NCBI GenBank assembly: GCA_008636045.1
Contig: SNRW01000035.1
Coordinates: 1 to 37,742 of the forward strand
Reading direction: 5' to 3'
DNA length: 37,742 nucleotides
Source of the DNA: Streblomastix strix
Lineage: Eukaryota
Shown here: in pieces, positions 37,741 to 37,742 of the stretch
How positions within the stretch are numbered: the first letter of the stretch is position 1
Layout: every line of letters starts with the position of its first letter
Notes under the pieces: model-generated
The model's input: the letters and a program-made list of their open reading frames with translations, nothing else
Database searches by the model: none
What the model was told of the DNA's origin: nothing
Program-made: the position numbers and the translations under genes

Positions 37741-37742
37741 GG

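Larger units (their letters stand above)
32872..37742 (-). mobile_element. DIRS-like tyrosine-recombinase retrotransposon, 5' end outside the window
   Basis: gag-like, RT-RNaseH-MT and YR ORFs in DIRS order, plus a terminal/internal complementary repeat at the 3' end. Confidence 0.93.

Overview
AT-rich eukaryotic DNA in which TAA/TAG read as Gln and only TGA is a stop (translation table 6). The supplied standard-code ORF track therefore misses almost every real gene. The code, short GT-AG introns and gene content fit a flagellated protist such as the oxymonad Streblomastix, but the host is inferred, not shown. Re-read by hand in code 6, the window contains five things. (1) A 21-bp minisatellite. 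(2) Duplicated, decaying host loci in which a CFAP61 fragment runs into a Cys-rich type-I surface protein, one of them fused to a HECT E3 N-lobe. (3) An ~11-kb truncated endogenous Polinton-like DNA virus (about 11160-22430) encoding a penton-like protein, the N-terminal half of a protein-primed PolB, a probable major capsid protein, two phage-tail-fibre-like proteins and an intact 71-aa peptide resembling the membrane-lytic helix of adenovirus protein VI. (4) A solo gag-like ORF between inverted repeats. (5) An apparently young DIRS-like tyrosine-recombinase retrotransposon (gag, RT-RNaseH-methyltransferase, YR, internal complementary region) running off the right end. All translations were done by eye and no database searches were run, so pseudogene boundaries are approximate.
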